From assembly GCA_030017895.1 (NCBI GenBank), contig JASEGV010000003.1:15200-79199 (forward strand): a stretch of 64,000 nucleotides of DNA, written 5' to 3'. Within the stretch, counting starts at the first letter, position 1. Every line of letters starts with the position of its first letter. Of the stretch, positions 49,105-60,871 are shown piece after piece. The stretch comes from Bacteroidota bacterium (GTDB lineage: Bacteria > Bacteroidota > Ignavibacteria > UBA10030 > BY39). The position numbers and the translations under genes were made by a program. Under the pieces are notes generated by a model. That model did no database searches and was not told the origin of the DNA. It saw only the letters and a list, made by a program, of their open reading frames with translations.

Positions 49105-50119
49105 TTTAAGAAGCGATACGGTTACGAAACCTTCATCGGCAATGCGACTTACAATGATGGATGCTGAAGTAGGCGACGATGTTTATAGGGAAGACCCTAC
49201 AGTAAACAAACTACAAGAGAAGGTCGCCCAGATGTTTGGAAAAGAAGCCGCACTGTTTGTTCCGACAGGAGTGATGGGGAATCAAGTTTGTATTCGGACA
49301 CACACAAATAATGGCGATGAAATAATTGCAGATGAGGACTCGCATATTTTTGTTTATGAAAATGCTGCTCCTGCCGCTCTGTCCGGAGTCAGTATAAAAA
49401 CAATTCCAAACAGCATGGGAGTGATAACTGCTGAACAAATTCAGGCTGCGATACGCCCTAATGCTTATTATCTTCCCAAAACAAAATTAATTTGTCTCGA
49501 AAACACACACCTCCGTTCGGGCGGAACAATTTTTCCTATCGAAGATATCAAAAAAATAAGTCAGTTAGCCCGTGAGCGGAATATCAAACTCCATCTTGAT
49601 GGAGCAAGAATCTGGAATGCATCCGTCGAATCAGGAATTTCTTTAAAAAAGTATGCACAATATTTTGATTCTATCTCTGTGTGTCTTTCAAAAGGTTTGG
49701 GTGCACCAATTGGTTCGGTGATCATAGGCGACAAAGAATTTATTGATCGGGCTTTAGTATATCGGAAAATGTTCGGCGGCGGTATGAGGCAAGTCGGAGT
49801 TATTGCATCGGCTGGTTTGTATGCGATAGAAAATAATATTAATCGTCTCACAGATGATCACAAAAAAGCTAAACTTCTTGCAGATGGCTTGAAAAATTTA
49901 AAGACATTCAAAATTAATTTCGAGTCGGTGCAGACCAATATGGTTATAGCGGATATTCAAATCAACAAAACCCAGCAGGAAATATTAGACCTGTTGAAAA
50001 AAAAGGGTATATTATTAACTCCGGAACGGAATAGCAGTATCCGGGCTGTAACGCACTTAGATGTCTCTTTTGAAGAAATTAATCAGGCGAATAGAGTGTT
50101 CCAAACCATTTTCGATTGA
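49091..50119 (+). CDS. ltaE: Low-specificity L-threonine aldolase
   Basis: DLRSDTVTKP ... PLP-dependent beta-eliminating lyase family motifs (CLSKGLGAPIGSVI). Confidence 0.85.
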   Translation: MKTIDLRSDTVTKPSSAMRLTMMDAEVGDDVYREDPTVNKLQEKVAQMFGKEAALFVPTGVMGNQVCIRTHTNNGDEIIADEDSHIFVYENAAPAALSGVSIKTIPNSMGVITAEQIQAAIRPNAYYLPKTKLICLENTHLRSGGTIFPIEDIKKISQLARERNIKLHLDGARIWNASVESGISLKKYAQYFDSISVCLSKGLGAPIGSVIIGDKEFIDRALVYRKMFGGGMRQVGVIASAGLYAIENNINRLTDDHKKAKLLADGLKNLKTFKINFESVQTNMVIADIQINKTQQEILDLLKKKGILLTPERNSSIRAVTHLDVSFEEINQANRVFQTIFD

Positions 50120-50173
50120 TGCAAATTCGATTTGCTTTTCAAACAGATTTTATGTATTATAAGCCACCCTTCG

Positions 50174-50202
50174 AAAAGTCCCGCCATTGGGACTTTTTTT
50201 TT
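50174..50202 (+). terminator. Rho-independent terminator after ltaE
   Basis: aaaaGTCCCgccattGGGACttttttttt. Confidence 0.65.
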
Positions 50203-50238
50203 GGAGGGCGTTAAACAATTGAAAAATAAGAAATTAGC

Positions 50239-50691
50239 TTGGATATCAAACAAAAAATTGAAGCACTCATCGCTCCGATAATTGAACAACATAGACTCTT
50301 TTTGATAGATATCGTTTTAAGGGGTGAGCGGCAATCGAAAGTGTTAGAAGTATTTATTGATAATCGAGAAGGTATTACTGCCGAAATTTGTTCAAACGTG
50401 AGTAGAGATATTGCAAAGATTTTAGATTTGGATGATGTAATCGCCGGAAAATATTATTTGAATGTTTCATCTCCCGGAATTTCGCGTGCATTAAAATATA
50501 TTGAACAATACCATAAACATGTAGGCCGCCTTATCGAATTAAAGTTGAAAAAACAAGAAGAACTCTATAAAGCTGTTGGTAAACTTTTAGAGGTTAGCGT
50601 CGATTCAATAGCAGTAGAAAATGAAAGCGGTGATATTTTGAAAATTTCGTTTGATAACATTTTTGAAGCTAATATAAAAGCAGCTTGGTAA
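50239..50691 (+). CDS. rimP: Ribosome maturation factor RimP
   Basis: TTG start. N-terminal IEALIAPIIEQHRLFLIDIVLRGE ... LEVFID. First gene of the conserved nusA-infB operon. Confidence 0.85.
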   Translation: MDIKQKIEALIAPIIEQHRLFLIDIVLRGERQSKVLEVFIDNREGITAEICSNVSRDIAKILDLDDVIAGKYYLNVSSPGISRALKYIEQYHKHVGRLIELKLKKQEELYKAVGKLLEVSVDSIAVENESGDILKISFDNIFEANIKAAW

Positions 50692-50704
50692 CAGAAAATA
50701 GAAT

Positions 50705-52039
50705 TTGGAGAAAAATATGAACTATGAAATAGTTGAATCATTCGGACAAATGGTTCGAGAAAAAGGCATCGATAAAGACATGTTGGTAAGTGTTATTGAG
50801 GAAGTTTTTGCCACGATAACACGAAAAAAATACGGACTTGAAGCAAAATTCGATGTTGTAGTAAATATGGATAAAGGCGATATTGAAATTTTTCTTGAGA
50901 AAGAAATTGTAGAAACCATAACCGACCCGACTACCCAAATCGAATTGGCAGCCGTCAGAAAAAAAACCAACGAACCGCTCGAAATTGGAGACGATTTCGT
51001 AGAAATAATTGATGTTAGTAGTTTCGGTAGAAGGTTAATCGCTACCGCAAGGCAAACGCTCAACCAACGGATTAAAGAAATAGTAAAAGATCTCATCTTT
51101 AATGAATACACAAATTCGATTGGCGAAATTATCGCCGGTGAAATTTATCAGGTCAGGAAAAGCGAAATCTTAATAATCCATAACCGCAACGAACTTGTTT
51201 TACCGCGTAACGAACAAATACCAAAAGAGCGATATAAAAAAGGCGAAACAATACGTGTATTAGTTAAAGAGGTTCGAAAAACTGCAAATGGAGCTCATGT
51301 TATTGTAACACGTTCAGACTCGAAATTTTTGTCAAAACTATTTGAGCACGAGATACCCGAAATCTACGATGGTATCATCGAGATAAAAGCAATAGCACGT
51401 GAACCCGGCGAACGAGCAAAAATTGCAGTCGAATCGCACGACGATCGCATTGATGCTGTGGGCGCTTGCGTAGGTATGAAAGGTGTTCGGATTCACTCAA
51501 TTGTGCGTGAATTAAATAACGAGAATATCGACGTTATTAATTATATCGATGACCCATCTCAATTTATTATTCGAGCATTAGCGCCTGCTAAATTAAAAGA
51601 AATAAAGATCGACAAAGCAAATAAAAAGGTAATGGTAACCGTCGACCGTGATCAAATGTCGTTAGCAATAGGTAGAGGCGGGCAAAACATTCGGCTTGCA
51701 TCTAAACTTGTCGGTTACGATATTGATGTGCAAAAACTTGTTGTTGAAGAAGAATATGATATGGACATCACTGAATTCCGTGCTGAATTGGGTGAACCTT
51801 TGATAGAACGATTGGTCGAAGAAGGTTATGAAACTGCCCGTGAAGTAATTGAAGCCGATATAAAAAGCCTTCTCGCAATCGAAGGTTTAACGAAACCAAA
51901 GATCAAGCAGATGAAAGAATTAATGATTCAAGAACTTGAGGAAGCCGAGATTGATAGCGAAGAAGATATAAAATCGGCTCTCGAAGCCAAATCGAAAAGC
52001 GAAGCAACCGAAGAATCGGAAAACAGCGAAGATAAATAA
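50705..52039 (+). CDS. nusA: Transcription termination/antitermination factor NusA
   Basis: N-terminal domain, S1 and two KH domains (GACVGMKGVRIHSI; AIGRGGQNIRLASKL), acidic C-terminal repeats. Confidence 0.93.
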   Translation: MEKNMNYEIVESFGQMVREKGIDKDMLVSVIEEVFATITRKKYGLEAKFDVVVNMDKGDIEIFLEKEIVETITDPTTQIELAAVRKKTNEPLEIGDDFVEIIDVSSFGRRLIATARQTLNQRIKEIVKDLIFNEYTNSIGEIIAGEIYQVRKSEILIIHNRNELVLPRNEQIPKERYKKGETIRVLVKEVRKTANGAHVIVTRSDSKFLSKLFEHEIPEIYDGIIEIKAIAREPGERAKIAVESHDDRIDAVGACVGMKGVRIHSIVRELNNENIDVINYIDDPSQFIIRALAPAKLKEIKIDKANKKVMVTVDRDQMSLAIGRGGQNIRLASKLVGYDIDVQKLVVEEEYDMDITEFRAELGEPLIERLVEEGYETAREVIEADIKSLLAIEGLTKPKIKQMKELMIQELEEAEIDSEEDIKSALEAKSKSEATEESENSEDK

Positions 52040-52054
52040 TTAATAAGTTAATAA

Positions 52055-54775
52055 GTGGATAAAAAGAAAAAATTATATCAAGTAGCCAAAGAGCTTAATA
52101 TCGCGAGTGAATCGCTCATCGCTTTTTTGACTAAAAAGGGCTTCGAAGCAAAGACAATCAACTCTACAATAACTGACGAGATGAGTGTTTTAATATTGTC
52201 TCATTTCAAAAAAGAAAAAGAGAGCGTCGAGAAACATCAACGAAAAATTCAATCTTTCAAAACTACTCCTAAAAAAGAAGAGAAGAAAGTAGAAAAAGCA
52301 GAACCAGCTAAAACTGTTAAAAAAACGCCACGCGTAAAAGAAGAAGAAATTCCTGTTATCGAGATAATAGCTGCGGTAGAAATTCCAGCCCCCGCAATTA
52401 CTCCCACAATTGTTGAGCCGCCTGCACCGAAAATTGTTGTACCTGCTCCGGTTGTCGAAAAAATTATTGCTGAGGAAGTTGTTGCTACCGAACCAGAACA
52501 AAAGATAACAGAGGTAGTACAACCTCCGGAACCTCATCCTATTACTCAGGTCGAAGCGACTGAACAAGTTCAGCCGGAAGAAAAAACTGAAGAAGATAAA
52601 AAAGAGAAAAAATCTAAAAAAAGCATACCACGACTTACTCCCAAAATGGGTTTAACCATTCGGGGAAAAATGGTGTTGACACCGCCCGAGGCTGATAAAC
52701 CGGCAGTCGCTGTTGCAAAAGATGCACAAGACTTAGATGCCAAAGCCAAAAAGAAGAAAAGAAAGCGTAAGAAAAAAGTAGAAAAAACCGCACCGGTCGT
52801 AGTAACAAAAGAGGATGATGTATTAGATCGGAAGAAAAAGAAAAAGAAAAAGATAAGGCACATTGAGATTAATGTGGCAGAAGTTGAAAGTGCAATCCGC
52901 CGTACAATTGCGGAGATGGACGATACATCGGTTAGCGCACGTGCTCAGATGCGTAAGAAAAAGAAAAAAGAGCGGCTCGAAGAAGAAGCTAAACTTCAAG
53001 AAGAATTAGAAAAACAAAAATCAAAACTTAAAGTTACCGAATATGTTTCGGTAAACGAATTGGCTAACTTGATGCAAGTTGACGTAGCCGACGTAATTAA
53101 AAAGTGCATCGAATTAGGGTTGATGGTTTCTATAAATCAACGGCTCGATCAGGATACAATAACACTGATAGCATCTGAGTTTGGGCTTGATATTGAATTC
53201 ATGACCGAATTTGAAGAGCGTTTAGTTGTTGACACAGAAGATGAAAACGAAGAATTATTAGAATGGCGTCCGCCTGTGGTAACCATTATGGGACATGTTG
53301 ACCATGGAAAAACATCGTTGCTCGATTTTATCAGAGAAACAAATGTAGTAGCTGGTGAAGCTGGTGGTATCACTCAGCATATTGGTGCATACTCTGTAAA
53401 AGTTGATGAAGCGAGAAGTGTTACTTTCCTTGATACGCCCGGGCACGAAGCATTTACTGCCATGCGTGCACGCGGAGCGCAGCTTACCGATATCGTAGTG
53501 TTAGTTGTTGCCGCCGATGATGCTGTTATGCCTCAAACCGTTGAAGCGATAAGCCATGCACAAGCAGCCAATGTTCCCATCGTAATTGCAATGAACAAAA
53601 TCGATAAACCCGGAGCTAATCCTGAGAGAATTCGGCAGCAATTATCTGAAAAAAATATACTCGTCGAAGAGTGGGGTGGTAAATATCAATCGGTAGAATT
53701 ATCTGCCAAAACAGGAAAAAATGTTAAATTACTTCTCGAAAAAATTCTTCTTGAAGCCGAAGTATTAAACCTTAAAGCTGTAGCTAAAACTAAAGCTCGT
53801 GGCGCTGTAATCGAAGCACAGCTTGATAAAGGGAGAGGAACCGTAGCCACTGTTCTTGTTAAGAAGGGAACTTTGAAAATCGGGGATCCTTTTATCGCTG
53901 GCTTTTCTTATGGAAAAGTAAGGGCAATGTTCGACGAACGCGGACATCGGGTAGAATCTGCAGGTCCATCAGCACCGGTGCAGGTAATCGGTTTTGACAC
54001 TATTCCTCAAGCAGGCGATTTGTTAGTAGTTTCAGAAAGCGAACGAGATGCACGCGATATCAGTGTGCGCCGCCAGCAGTTAAAACGCGAACAGGATTTC
54101 CGCGAAATCAGAACTGTAACTCTCGACAACTTTTCACAAAAAGTTAAAGAAGGAACTGTTAAAGAATTAACAGTTGTTCTTAAGGGCGATGTTGACGGCT
54201 CGGTCGGTGCAATTTCCGATGCCCTGATGAAAATAGCTAACCCTGAAGTCCGGGTGAATGTTATACACAAAGGTGTTGGCGCTATTTCGGAATCAGACGT
54301 GCTGTTGGCTGCTGCCTCCAATGCAATTATTATTGGTTTCCATGTGCGGCCGAATGTTAATGCACGCACACTTGCCGAGACGGAGAAAGTCGAAATTCGT
54401 TTCTACACGATTATATACGAAGTAATTAACGACGTGAAAAAAGCGCTCGAGGGTATGCTTGCGCCGGAGGAAAAAGAAGAAGTTCTCGGATCAATTGAGG
54501 TTCGTGATGTTTTCAAGATTCCAAAGGCAGGAACAATTGCAGGTTGTTACATACTAAATGGAAAAATTACACGCAGCAGCAAAGTGCGTTTGATCCGCGA
54601 CGGACTCGTTTTATTCGATGGTGGAATTTCTTCACTCAAACGTTTTAAAGACGACGTGCGTGAAGTTGATTCAGGATACGAATGCGGTGTATCTCTCGAA
54701 GGTTATAATGATGTTAAAATTGGCGACATCATCGAGCCATACAAAATTGTTGAACTCAAACGTAAACTTGTATAG
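52055..54775 (+). CDS. infB: Translation initiation factor IF-2
   Basis: Lys/Pro-rich N-terminal region. GTPase G-domain ([14 protein letters not shown]; [12 protein letters not shown]; NKIDK). C-terminal beta-barrels. Confidence 0.95.
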   Translation: MDKKKKLYQVAKELNIASESLIAFLTKKGFEAKTINSTITDEMSVLILSHFKKEKESVEKHQRKIQSFKTTPKKEEKKVEKAEPAKTVKKTPRVKEEEIPVIEIIAAVEIPAPAITPTIVEPPAPKIVVPAPVVEKIIAEEVVATEPEQKITEVVQPPEPHPITQVEATEQVQPEEKTEEDKKEKKSKKSIPRLTPKMGLTIRGKMVLTPPEADKPAVAVAKDAQDLDAKAKKKKRKRKKKVEKTAPVVVTKEDDVLDRKKKKKKKIRHIEINVAEVESAIRRTIAEMDDTSVSARAQMRKKKKKERLEEEAKLQEELEKQKSKLKVTEYVSVNELANLMQVDVADVIKKCIELGLMVSINQRLDQDTITLIASEFGLDIEFMTEFEERLVVDTEDENEELLEWRPPVVTIMGHVDHGKTSLLDFIRETNVVAGEAGGITQHIGAYSVKVDEARSVTFLDTPGHEAFTAMRARGAQLTDIVVLVVAADDAVMPQTVEAISHAQAANVPIVIAMNKIDKPGANPERIRQQLSEKNILVEEWGGKYQSVELSAKTGKNVKLLLEKILLEAEVLNLKAVAKTKARGAVIEAQLDKGRGTVATVLVKKGTLKIGDPFIAGFSYGKVRAMFDERGHRVESAGPSAPVQVIGFDTIPQAGDLLVVSESERDARDISVRRQQLKREQDFREIRTVTLDNFSQKVKEGTVKELTVVLKGDVDGSVGAISDALMKIANPEVRVNVIHKGVGAISESDVLLAAASNAIIIGFHVRPNVNARTLAETEKVEIRFYTIIYEVINDVKKALEGMLAPEEKEEVLGSIEVRDVFKIPKAGTIAGCYILNGKITRSSKVRLIRDGLVLFDGGISSLKRFKDDVREVDSGYECGVSLEGYNDVKIGDIIEPYKIVELKRKLV

Positions 54776-54783
54776 GTAATAAA

Positions 54784-55146
54784 ATGTCGATACGTTTAGA
54801 AAAAGTTTCTTCGGTGATCAAGCACGAAATTAGCTTGATACTTTCACGTGAATATAATTCAAAAGAATTCGGTTTTATTACTGTTACCGAAGTTCACATG
54901 ACCCCTGATCTGAAAATTGCAAAAATATATGTCAGCATTTTCGAGAAACCGGAAATACGGGTTAAAACTTTAAGAATGTTAGAAAACAATTCCAAACATA
55001 TACGAACAAGTTTAGCTTCGAATATCAGTTTGAAATATACGCCTGCTCTTCAATTTTATATCGATGAAACACTCGATCGAGCAGAACATATCAATAACAT
55101 CATTAAAAAGATACACGAAAACGATAAGCCTGTTGGAACTGAATAA
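54784..55146 (+). CDS. rbfA: Ribosome-binding factor A
   Basis: 120 aa, KH-like fold signature (GFITVTEVHMTPDLKIAKIYVSI). Position between infB and truB. Confidence 0.88.
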   Translation: MSIRLEKVSSVIKHEISLILSREYNSKEFGFITVTEVHMTPDLKIAKIYVSIFEKPEIRVKTLRMLENNSKHIRTSLASNISLKYTPALQFYIDETLDRAEHINNIIKKIHENDKPVGTE

Positions 55147-55864
55147 AAATAGCAAAATTCCGGGGTCGAATTTTTTAAAAGAAAATGGTTCAATCTTTTT
55201 GGTAAACAAACCGATGGGTTGGTCATCCTTCGATGTTGTAAAAAAAATGCGGATTCATTTTGGCGTGAAGAAAGTAGGACATGCCGGAACTTTAGACCCG
55301 AAAGCCACAGGATTGTTGATTGTTGGAATGGGGAAGAAGACAAAACAAATTTCAGATTATACCGACATGGAAAAAGAATACGAAGCTGTGATGGTTTTAG
55401 GTGCTAGCACTGCAAGCTACGATGCAGAAACCGAAATTATCAAAATCCGTAGTTTTGCCGATATCACAAAGGATGATGTAAACAGAGTTCTTAAAATGCT
55501 TACCGGTGTTATTATGCAAAAACCGCCTATGTATTCAGCAATAAAATTAAACGGTAAGCCGCTTTATAAGTATGCCCGTAAAGGCAGAGAAATAGAACTT
55601 GAAGCTCGTGAAGTTGAAATATCGCAATTAGAGTTAATCGATTTCCAGCCACCCGAAGTCAAGTTACGTGTGGTGTGCTCCAAAGGAACGTATATCCGTT
55701 CATTGGCTAACGATATTGGTGAAATGTTAGGTTGCGGTGGACATTTAAACGCATTAGTTAGAACGAGAATAGGTCATTTTCTTCTCGATGATGCATTCTC
55801 GATTGAAGAACTTACAACGCGAACACTTGATAATGAAGGTCTATCGATCAATCAGCGAAATTGA
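55133..55864 (+). CDS. truB: tRNA pseudouridine(55) synthase
   Basis: LVNKPMGWSSFDVVKKMR...GHAGTLDPKATGLLIVGMG catalytic Asp motif. Start uncertain: TTG at 55133, or the ATG at 55064 which overlaps rbfA by 82 nt. Confidence 0.82.
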   Translation: MELNKNSKIPGSNFLKENGSIFLVNKPMGWSSFDVVKKMRIHFGVKKVGHAGTLDPKATGLLIVGMGKKTKQISDYTDMEKEYEAVMVLGASTASYDAETEIIKIRSFADITKDDVNRVLKMLTGVIMQKPPMYSAIKLNGKPLYKYARKGREIELEAREVEISQLELIDFQPPEVKLRVVCSKGTYIRSLANDIGEMLGCGGHLNALVRTRIGHFLLDDAFSIEELTTRTLDNEGLSINQRN

Positions 55865-56771
55865 TTTTATTCAAAACACGATTGTTACAATCGGAACTTT
55901 CGATGGTGTTCATCTTGGCCATCAGAAAATTATAAAAGAATTAATAGACCGTGCTGAAAAAGCCAATGCTCGTACTGTTCTTGTTACATTCGATCCGCAT
56001 CCGCGTGAAGTTGTAGGGCGTGGTCCTACTAAACTTCTCACTTCGATTGAGGAACGGCTGCAGTTGCTTGCCGAATTCAAGATTGATGAGATATTTATAA
56101 TAAACTTTACGTTTGAGTTTTCGCGGCTTCCATACGAAGATTTTTTTAAAAACATCATTTTTGAAAAAATTGGTGTGAAGGAAATAATTGTTGGATACGA
56201 CCACATGTTCGGCAGAGACCGTGAAGCTTCAATCGAACAGTTGAAAGAGTTAGGTAATCAACTTGGTTTTACAGTCGATATGATGCCACCTGTAAAAGTA
56301 GATAACGAGGTTGTGAGCAGCTCGAAGATACGTGATATTCTGTTACGAGGTGATGTTTGCCTCGCTGAAAAATATTTAGCTCGCTCATATACAGTGCAAG
56401 GTAGCGTTGTCAAAGGCGATGGTAGAGGTCGAATCATCGGATTTCCGACTGCCAATCTGCGACCGCTCTCGGTTAAGAAATTGTTGCCGGCTGAGGGGGT
56501 CTATTTTGTGAGTATAAAAGTTGATAAATCCGATTATTTCGGAATGCTCAATATCGGTGTTCGTCCGACTTTCAGTAACGATATGCGAAGAGTTATCGAA
56601 GTGCATCTCTTCGATTTCGACGAAGAACTTTACGGCAAAAATGTAATTATTAATTTTCATAGAAGAATCAGAAGCGAGAAAAAATTCGCTTCCACAGACG
56701 AGTTGATTATTCAATTAAATAAAGATAAATTATGCTGTGAAAATTTCATCAAGGAATTAACTAAAAAATAA
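55833..56771 (+). CDS. ribF: Bifunctional riboflavin kinase / FMN adenylyltransferase
   Basis: [14 protein letters not shown] (FAD synthetase nucleotidyltransferase motif). C-terminal riboflavin kinase ([15 protein letters not shown]). ATG at 55833 gives the expected N-terminus. Overlaps the truB stop. Confidence 0.88.
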   Translation: MKVYRSISEIDFIQNTIVTIGTFDGVHLGHQKIIKELIDRAEKANARTVLVTFDPHPREVVGRGPTKLLTSIEERLQLLAEFKIDEIFIINFTFEFSRLPYEDFFKNIIFEKIGVKEIIVGYDHMFGRDREASIEQLKELGNQLGFTVDMMPPVKVDNEVVSSSKIRDILLRGDVCLAEKYLARSYTVQGSVVKGDGRGRIIGFPTANLRPLSVKKLLPAEGVYFVSIKVDKSDYFGMLNIGVRPTFSNDMRRVIEVHLFDFDEELYGKNVIINFHRRIRSEKKFASTDELIIQLNKDKLCCENFIKELTKK

Positions 56772-56790
56772 AAGTAATAAAGGAATTAAA

Positions 56791-57060
56791 ATGCCATTAA
56801 CAAAAGAACAAAAACACGAAATTATCCAAAAGTATGGTAAAACCGAAAAAGATTCAGGAATACCTGAAGTTCAGATAGCTCTATTAACTGAACGTATTAA
56901 CGAGCTTACCGGACATTTGGCAACTAACAAATTCGATCATCATTCACGACGCGGATTACTGCTTATGGTAGGAAAGCGCCGCCGTTTGTTGGATTATTTA
57001 ATCGCCAACAATATCGAACGGTATCGAAAAATTATTCAAGAATTAAATATTAGAAAGTAA
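56791..57060 (+). CDS. rpsO: 30S ribosomal protein S15
   Basis: 89 aa, [12 protein letters not shown]...HHSRRGLL...KRRRLLDYL. Confidence 0.93.
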   Translation: MPLTKEQKHEIIQKYGKTEKDSGIPEVQIALLTERINELTGHLATNKFDHHSRRGLLLMVGKRRRLLDYLIANNIERYRKIIQELNIRK

Positions 57061-57064
57061 ATAA

Positions 57065-59236
57065 ATGTTTCATAAACAAGAAGTAGAAATTGGCGGGCGA
57101 GTATTTTCAATTGAGACAGGTTTGCTCGCAAAACAAGCCGATGCTGCTGTGTTAGCACAATACGGCGAAACGATGGTGCTTGCTACTGTTGTTGCGGCAA
57201 AAGAACCTAAAGAAGACCTGGATTATTTCCCTCTGCAAGTCGAATATCGTGAAAAAACCGCTGCCGCTGGAAAAATTCCCGGAGGCTTTTTCAAACGTGA
57301 GGGAAGACCCACAGAGAAAGAAATATTATCTTCACGCTTGATTGATCGACCCATTAGACCAATGTTCCCCGAAGATTTTAAAAACGAAACTCAAATAATA
57401 GTAACTGTTTATTCGTCTGATCAAGAACATGATGGCGATACAATCGGTGCAATTGCCGCATCGGCAGCGCTGCTGATATCTGATATCCCTTTCGATGTTC
57501 CGATTGCTGAAGTACGTGTTGGAAGAATTAACGGCGAGTTCATCATTCATCCCACATTCAAACAATTAGAAGAAAGTGAACTTGATATTACAGTTGCCGG
57601 TACGAGCGATTCGATCGTAATGGTCGAAGGTGAAGCAAAAGAGATTTCGGAGGAATTATTTCTTGAAGCTCTGCAATTTGCTCGTGAACATATCAAAGTG
57701 CTTTGCGATTTGCAAATTAAATTCCAAAAAGCGATCGGAAAACCAAAGCGTGCAACTACCCCCAAAGCAATTGATAGCGAGTTAGAAAATAGTGTAAAAG
57801 AACTATTCTCCCAGCGTATCAAAGAACTTAACCGCACTGTGTTATCCAAAGACGACAGAAGCAAACGACGTGGTGCTATCGAAGAAGAAATTCAAACGAA
57901 ACTTGCCGAAAAATTTCCGGAACAAAACAAAGTTATATCTGAATTGTTATACAAAATCGAGAAGCAAGATATGCGTCAGATGATTCTTGAAAACGGAAAG
58001 CGATTAGACGGCAGAGGAGTTAGAGACATCCGGCCCATTAGTTGTCAAATTGGATTGCTGCCACGAACACATGGTTCGGCACTATTCACACGCGGCGAAA
58101 CTCAAAGTTTAACCACAAGTACACTCGGCACTAAATCCGATGAACAAAAATTAGAGGGTTTGCTTCCCGAAACCACAAAACGGTTTTTACTCCACTACAA
58201 TTTCCCGCCATTCAGTGTCGGCGAGGTCGGCAGACTTGGCGGCACGGGTCGCCGTGAAATCGGACACGGAAATTTAGCCGAACGTGCACTCAAAAATTTA
58301 ATCCCTCCGGAAACAGAATTCCCATACACGATTCGTATCGTTTCCGATATTTTAGAATCGAACGGTTCATCATCGATGGCTACGGTGTGTGCAGGTTCAC
58401 TCTCGTTGATGGATGCTGGAGTACCAATTAAAAAAGCTGTTGCCGGTATTGCAATGGGATTAATCAAAGAATCAAACGGTGTTGCTATTTTAAGCGATAT
58501 TCTTGGCAACGAAGACTATCTCGGCGATATGGATTTTAAAGTCGCTGGTACAACCGATGGCGTTACTGGTTTGCAGATGGACATGAAAGTACAGGGAATC
58601 AGTTTCGAAATAATTGCGTCCGCTTTGGAACAAGCTCGCGAAGGTCGTTTGCACATCTTGAACATTATGGACGAAACAATTGCACAACCCAAACCGGAAC
58701 TATCACCTTATGCTCCACGCCTGACTACAGTCAGAATTCCTATTGATATGATTGGTGCTGTTATCGGTCCAGGTGGGAAAATGATACGACAAATTACAAA
58801 AGATACAGGAACCGAGATTAACATCGAGGACGATGGAACTATTACAATCGCAGCCATTTCGGGGGAGGCAAGTGGCAAAGCCCTTGAAATGATTAACAGA
58901 ATTACTGAACTACCGGAAGTCGGTAAAATTTATTCAGGTAAAGTTACGCGTATAATGGACTTTGGTGCTTTTGTTGAATTCCTTCCGGGTAAAGAGGGAT
59001 TAGTTCACGTCTCTCAACTCGATATAAATCGCGTTGATAAAGTTACCGATCTTTTAAAAGTGGGCGACCCAATCGAAGTAAAGTTAGTAAAAATCGATTC
59101 TGAGGGAAGAAATAATTTAAGCCGCAAAGCTGTTTTGATGGGCGATGCTTATGTTCCTGAAGAGGATAGACCTCGCTCGGATAGAAGACCCCCTTCCGGC
59201 GATAGAAGAGATTCCCGAAGACCACCACGAAGATAA
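57065..59236 (+). CDS. pnp: Polyribonucleotide nucleotidyltransferase (PNPase)
   Basis: Two RNase PH domains, KH (IGPGGKMIRQI) and S1 (GKIYSGKVTRIMDFGAFVEF) domains, Arg/Pro-rich tail. Confidence 0.95.
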   Translation: MFHKQEVEIGGRVFSIETGLLAKQADAAVLAQYGETMVLATVVAAKEPKEDLDYFPLQVEYREKTAAAGKIPGGFFKREGRPTEKEILSSRLIDRPIRPMFPEDFKNETQIIVTVYSSDQEHDGDTIGAIAASAALLISDIPFDVPIAEVRVGRINGEFIIHPTFKQLEESELDITVAGTSDSIVMVEGEAKEISEELFLEALQFAREHIKVLCDLQIKFQKAIGKPKRATTPKAIDSELENSVKELFSQRIKELNRTVLSKDDRSKRRGAIEEEIQTKLAEKFPEQNKVISELLYKIEKQDMRQMILENGKRLDGRGVRDIRPISCQIGLLPRTHGSALFTRGETQSLTTSTLGTKSDEQKLEGLLPETTKRFLLHYNFPPFSVGEVGRLGGTGRREIGHGNLAERALKNLIPPETEFPYTIRIVSDILESNGSSSMATVCAGSLSLMDAGVPIKKAVAGIAMGLIKESNGVAILSDILGNEDYLGDMDFKVAGTTDGVTGLQMDMKVQGISFEIIASALEQAREGRLHILNIMDETIAQPKPELSPYAPRLTTVRIPIDMIGAVIGPGGKMIRQITKDTGTEINIEDDGTITIAAISGEASGKALEMINRITELPEVGKIYSGKVTRIMDFGAFVEFLPGKEGLVHVSQLDINRVDKVTDLLKVGDPIEVKLVKIDSEGRNNLSRKAVLMGDAYVPEEDRPRSDRRPPSGDRRDSRRPPRR

Positions 59237-59242
59237 ATCATA

Positions 59243-59270
59243 AAGCCCAAACTTGTTTTGGGCTTTTTTA
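59243..59270 (+). terminator. Rho-independent terminator after pnp
   Basis: aAAGCCCAAActtgTTTTGGGCTTTTTTat. Confidence 0.7.
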
Positions 59271-59279
59271 TAATTCCTT

Positions 59280-60809
59280 ATGAAAACAAAACAAAAAGTA
59301 ATACTTATAATTTTAGATGGATTTGGATTAGGTTTAAATCCAAAAACTGATGCAATCCAAAATGCTAACAAACCATTTATTGATAAATTGTTTGCGGAAA
59401 ATAAATTGACTAAACTTACCACATCGGGGGAAGATGTTGGCTTGCCCGAAGGACAAATGGGCAACTCCGAAGTTGGACACATGACCATCGGCGCAGGTAG
59501 AATTGTCTGGCAGGATATTACTCGCATCAATCGCTCAATTCGACTCGGCGATTATTTCAATATTCCTGCTTTCCTTGGAGCTGTCGAACACGCAAAGATA
59601 AATCATTCTGCTATTCATTTAGCGGGGTTGCTTTCCGACGGTGGCGTACACAGCATGAATACCCATCTATACGCACTTCTCCATCTTGCAAAACAACATC
59701 AATTCGAAAAAATTTTCATACACGCATTGTTAGACGGGCGCGATACTCCGCCTGATTCAGGTCTTGGTTATTTAAAAGAACTTCAAGCCAAGATTAATGA
59801 AATCGGTGTAGGTAAAATTGCAACCGTAATGGGTAGATATTATGGAATGGATAGAGATAATAGGTGGGATAGAACCGAGTTAGCATACAGAGCAATGACC
59901 GAGGGATTAGGACAACAATGCGAGAATGCAATTGCAACAATCTCGGATTCATATCAAAAAGGAGTAATGGATGAATTCGTAAAGCCAATCGTTTGTGTAA
60001 ATGACGGAAAACCTGTTGGTAATGTTCAACAAAACGATTCATTCATATTCTTTAATTTTCGTTCCGACCGAACACGTCAATTAACTCGTGCATTTATAAT
60101 GGATGATTTCGATAAATTCCATCGAAATAAACTGAATCTATATTTTGCAACAATGACTCATTATCACGATGAGTTCAAAGTACCTGTTGCATTTCCGCCG
60201 ATTAGTTTGGCGAATACATTTGGTGAGATTTTAGCTGAGCATAATTTAAAACAATTAAGAATAGCAGAAACCGAGAAATATGCTCACGTAACTTTTTTCT
60301 TTAACGGCGGTAGGGAAGAGGTGTTTAAAGGCGAAGATCGGATACTTGTTCAATCACCCAAAGAAGTTGCAACTTATGACCTGAAACCAGAGATGAGCGC
60401 CTATGAAGTAACCGACAAACTTATTGATGCTATAGAAACTGACAAATACGATTTTATTTTAGTAAATTATGCCAATTGCGATATGGTGGGGCATTCAGGT
60501 ATAATGGAAGCAGCAATAAAAGCAGTTGAAGCAGTTGATAATTGTTTGAGTCGTTTGATACCTGTCTCACAGGAATACGGATTTCTTCCATTGATAAGCT
60601 CAGACCATGGAAATGCTGATAAAATGGCTGAAGATAGCGGTGAGCCATTCACAGCACACACGACTAACTTAGTTCCGTTTCTAATCGTTCAAAATCCACC
60701 TGCACAAAGATTAAAAGAAAAGGGAATACTCGCCGATATAACACCGACAATCCTAAAGCTGATGGGATTACCACAGCCGAAGGAGATGGATGGAAGCTCG
60801 CTGCTATAG
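59280..60809 (+). CDS. gpmI: 2,3-bisphosphoglycerate-independent phosphoglycerate mutase
   Basis: IILDGFGLG ... SEVGHMTIGAGR ... catalytic Ser context. C-terminal metal-binding (HGNADKM; HTTNLVPF). Confidence 0.93.
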   Translation: MKTKQKVILIILDGFGLGLNPKTDAIQNANKPFIDKLFAENKLTKLTTSGEDVGLPEGQMGNSEVGHMTIGAGRIVWQDITRINRSIRLGDYFNIPAFLGAVEHAKINHSAIHLAGLLSDGGVHSMNTHLYALLHLAKQHQFEKIFIHALLDGRDTPPDSGLGYLKELQAKINEIGVGKIATVMGRYYGMDRDNRWDRTELAYRAMTEGLGQQCENAIATISDSYQKGVMDEFVKPIVCVNDGKPVGNVQQNDSFIFFNFRSDRTRQLTRAFIMDDFDKFHRNKLNLYFATMTHYHDEFKVPVAFPPISLANTFGEILAEHNLKQLRIAETEKYAHVTFFFNGGREEVFKGEDRILVQSPKEVATYDLKPEMSAYEVTDKLIDAIETDKYDFILVNYANCDMVGHSGIMEAAIKAVEAVDNCLSRLIPVSQEYGFLPLISSDHGNADKMAEDSGEPFTAHTTNLVPFLIVQNPPAQRLKEKGILADITPTILKLMGLPQPKEMDGSSLL

Positions 60810-60871
60810 TTTTTTATGAGTCTTAGGCTGAGTTTTGTAATATCAAAATAGATATATATATTTATAGCGCT

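Noticed and set aside
52190-52863. Two minus-strand ORFs (125 and 97 aa) rich in F/R/N
   Set aside because: Antisense to the Lys/Glu/Pro-rich low-complexity N-terminal region of infB. They arise from reading AAG/AAA repeats as CTT/TTT.
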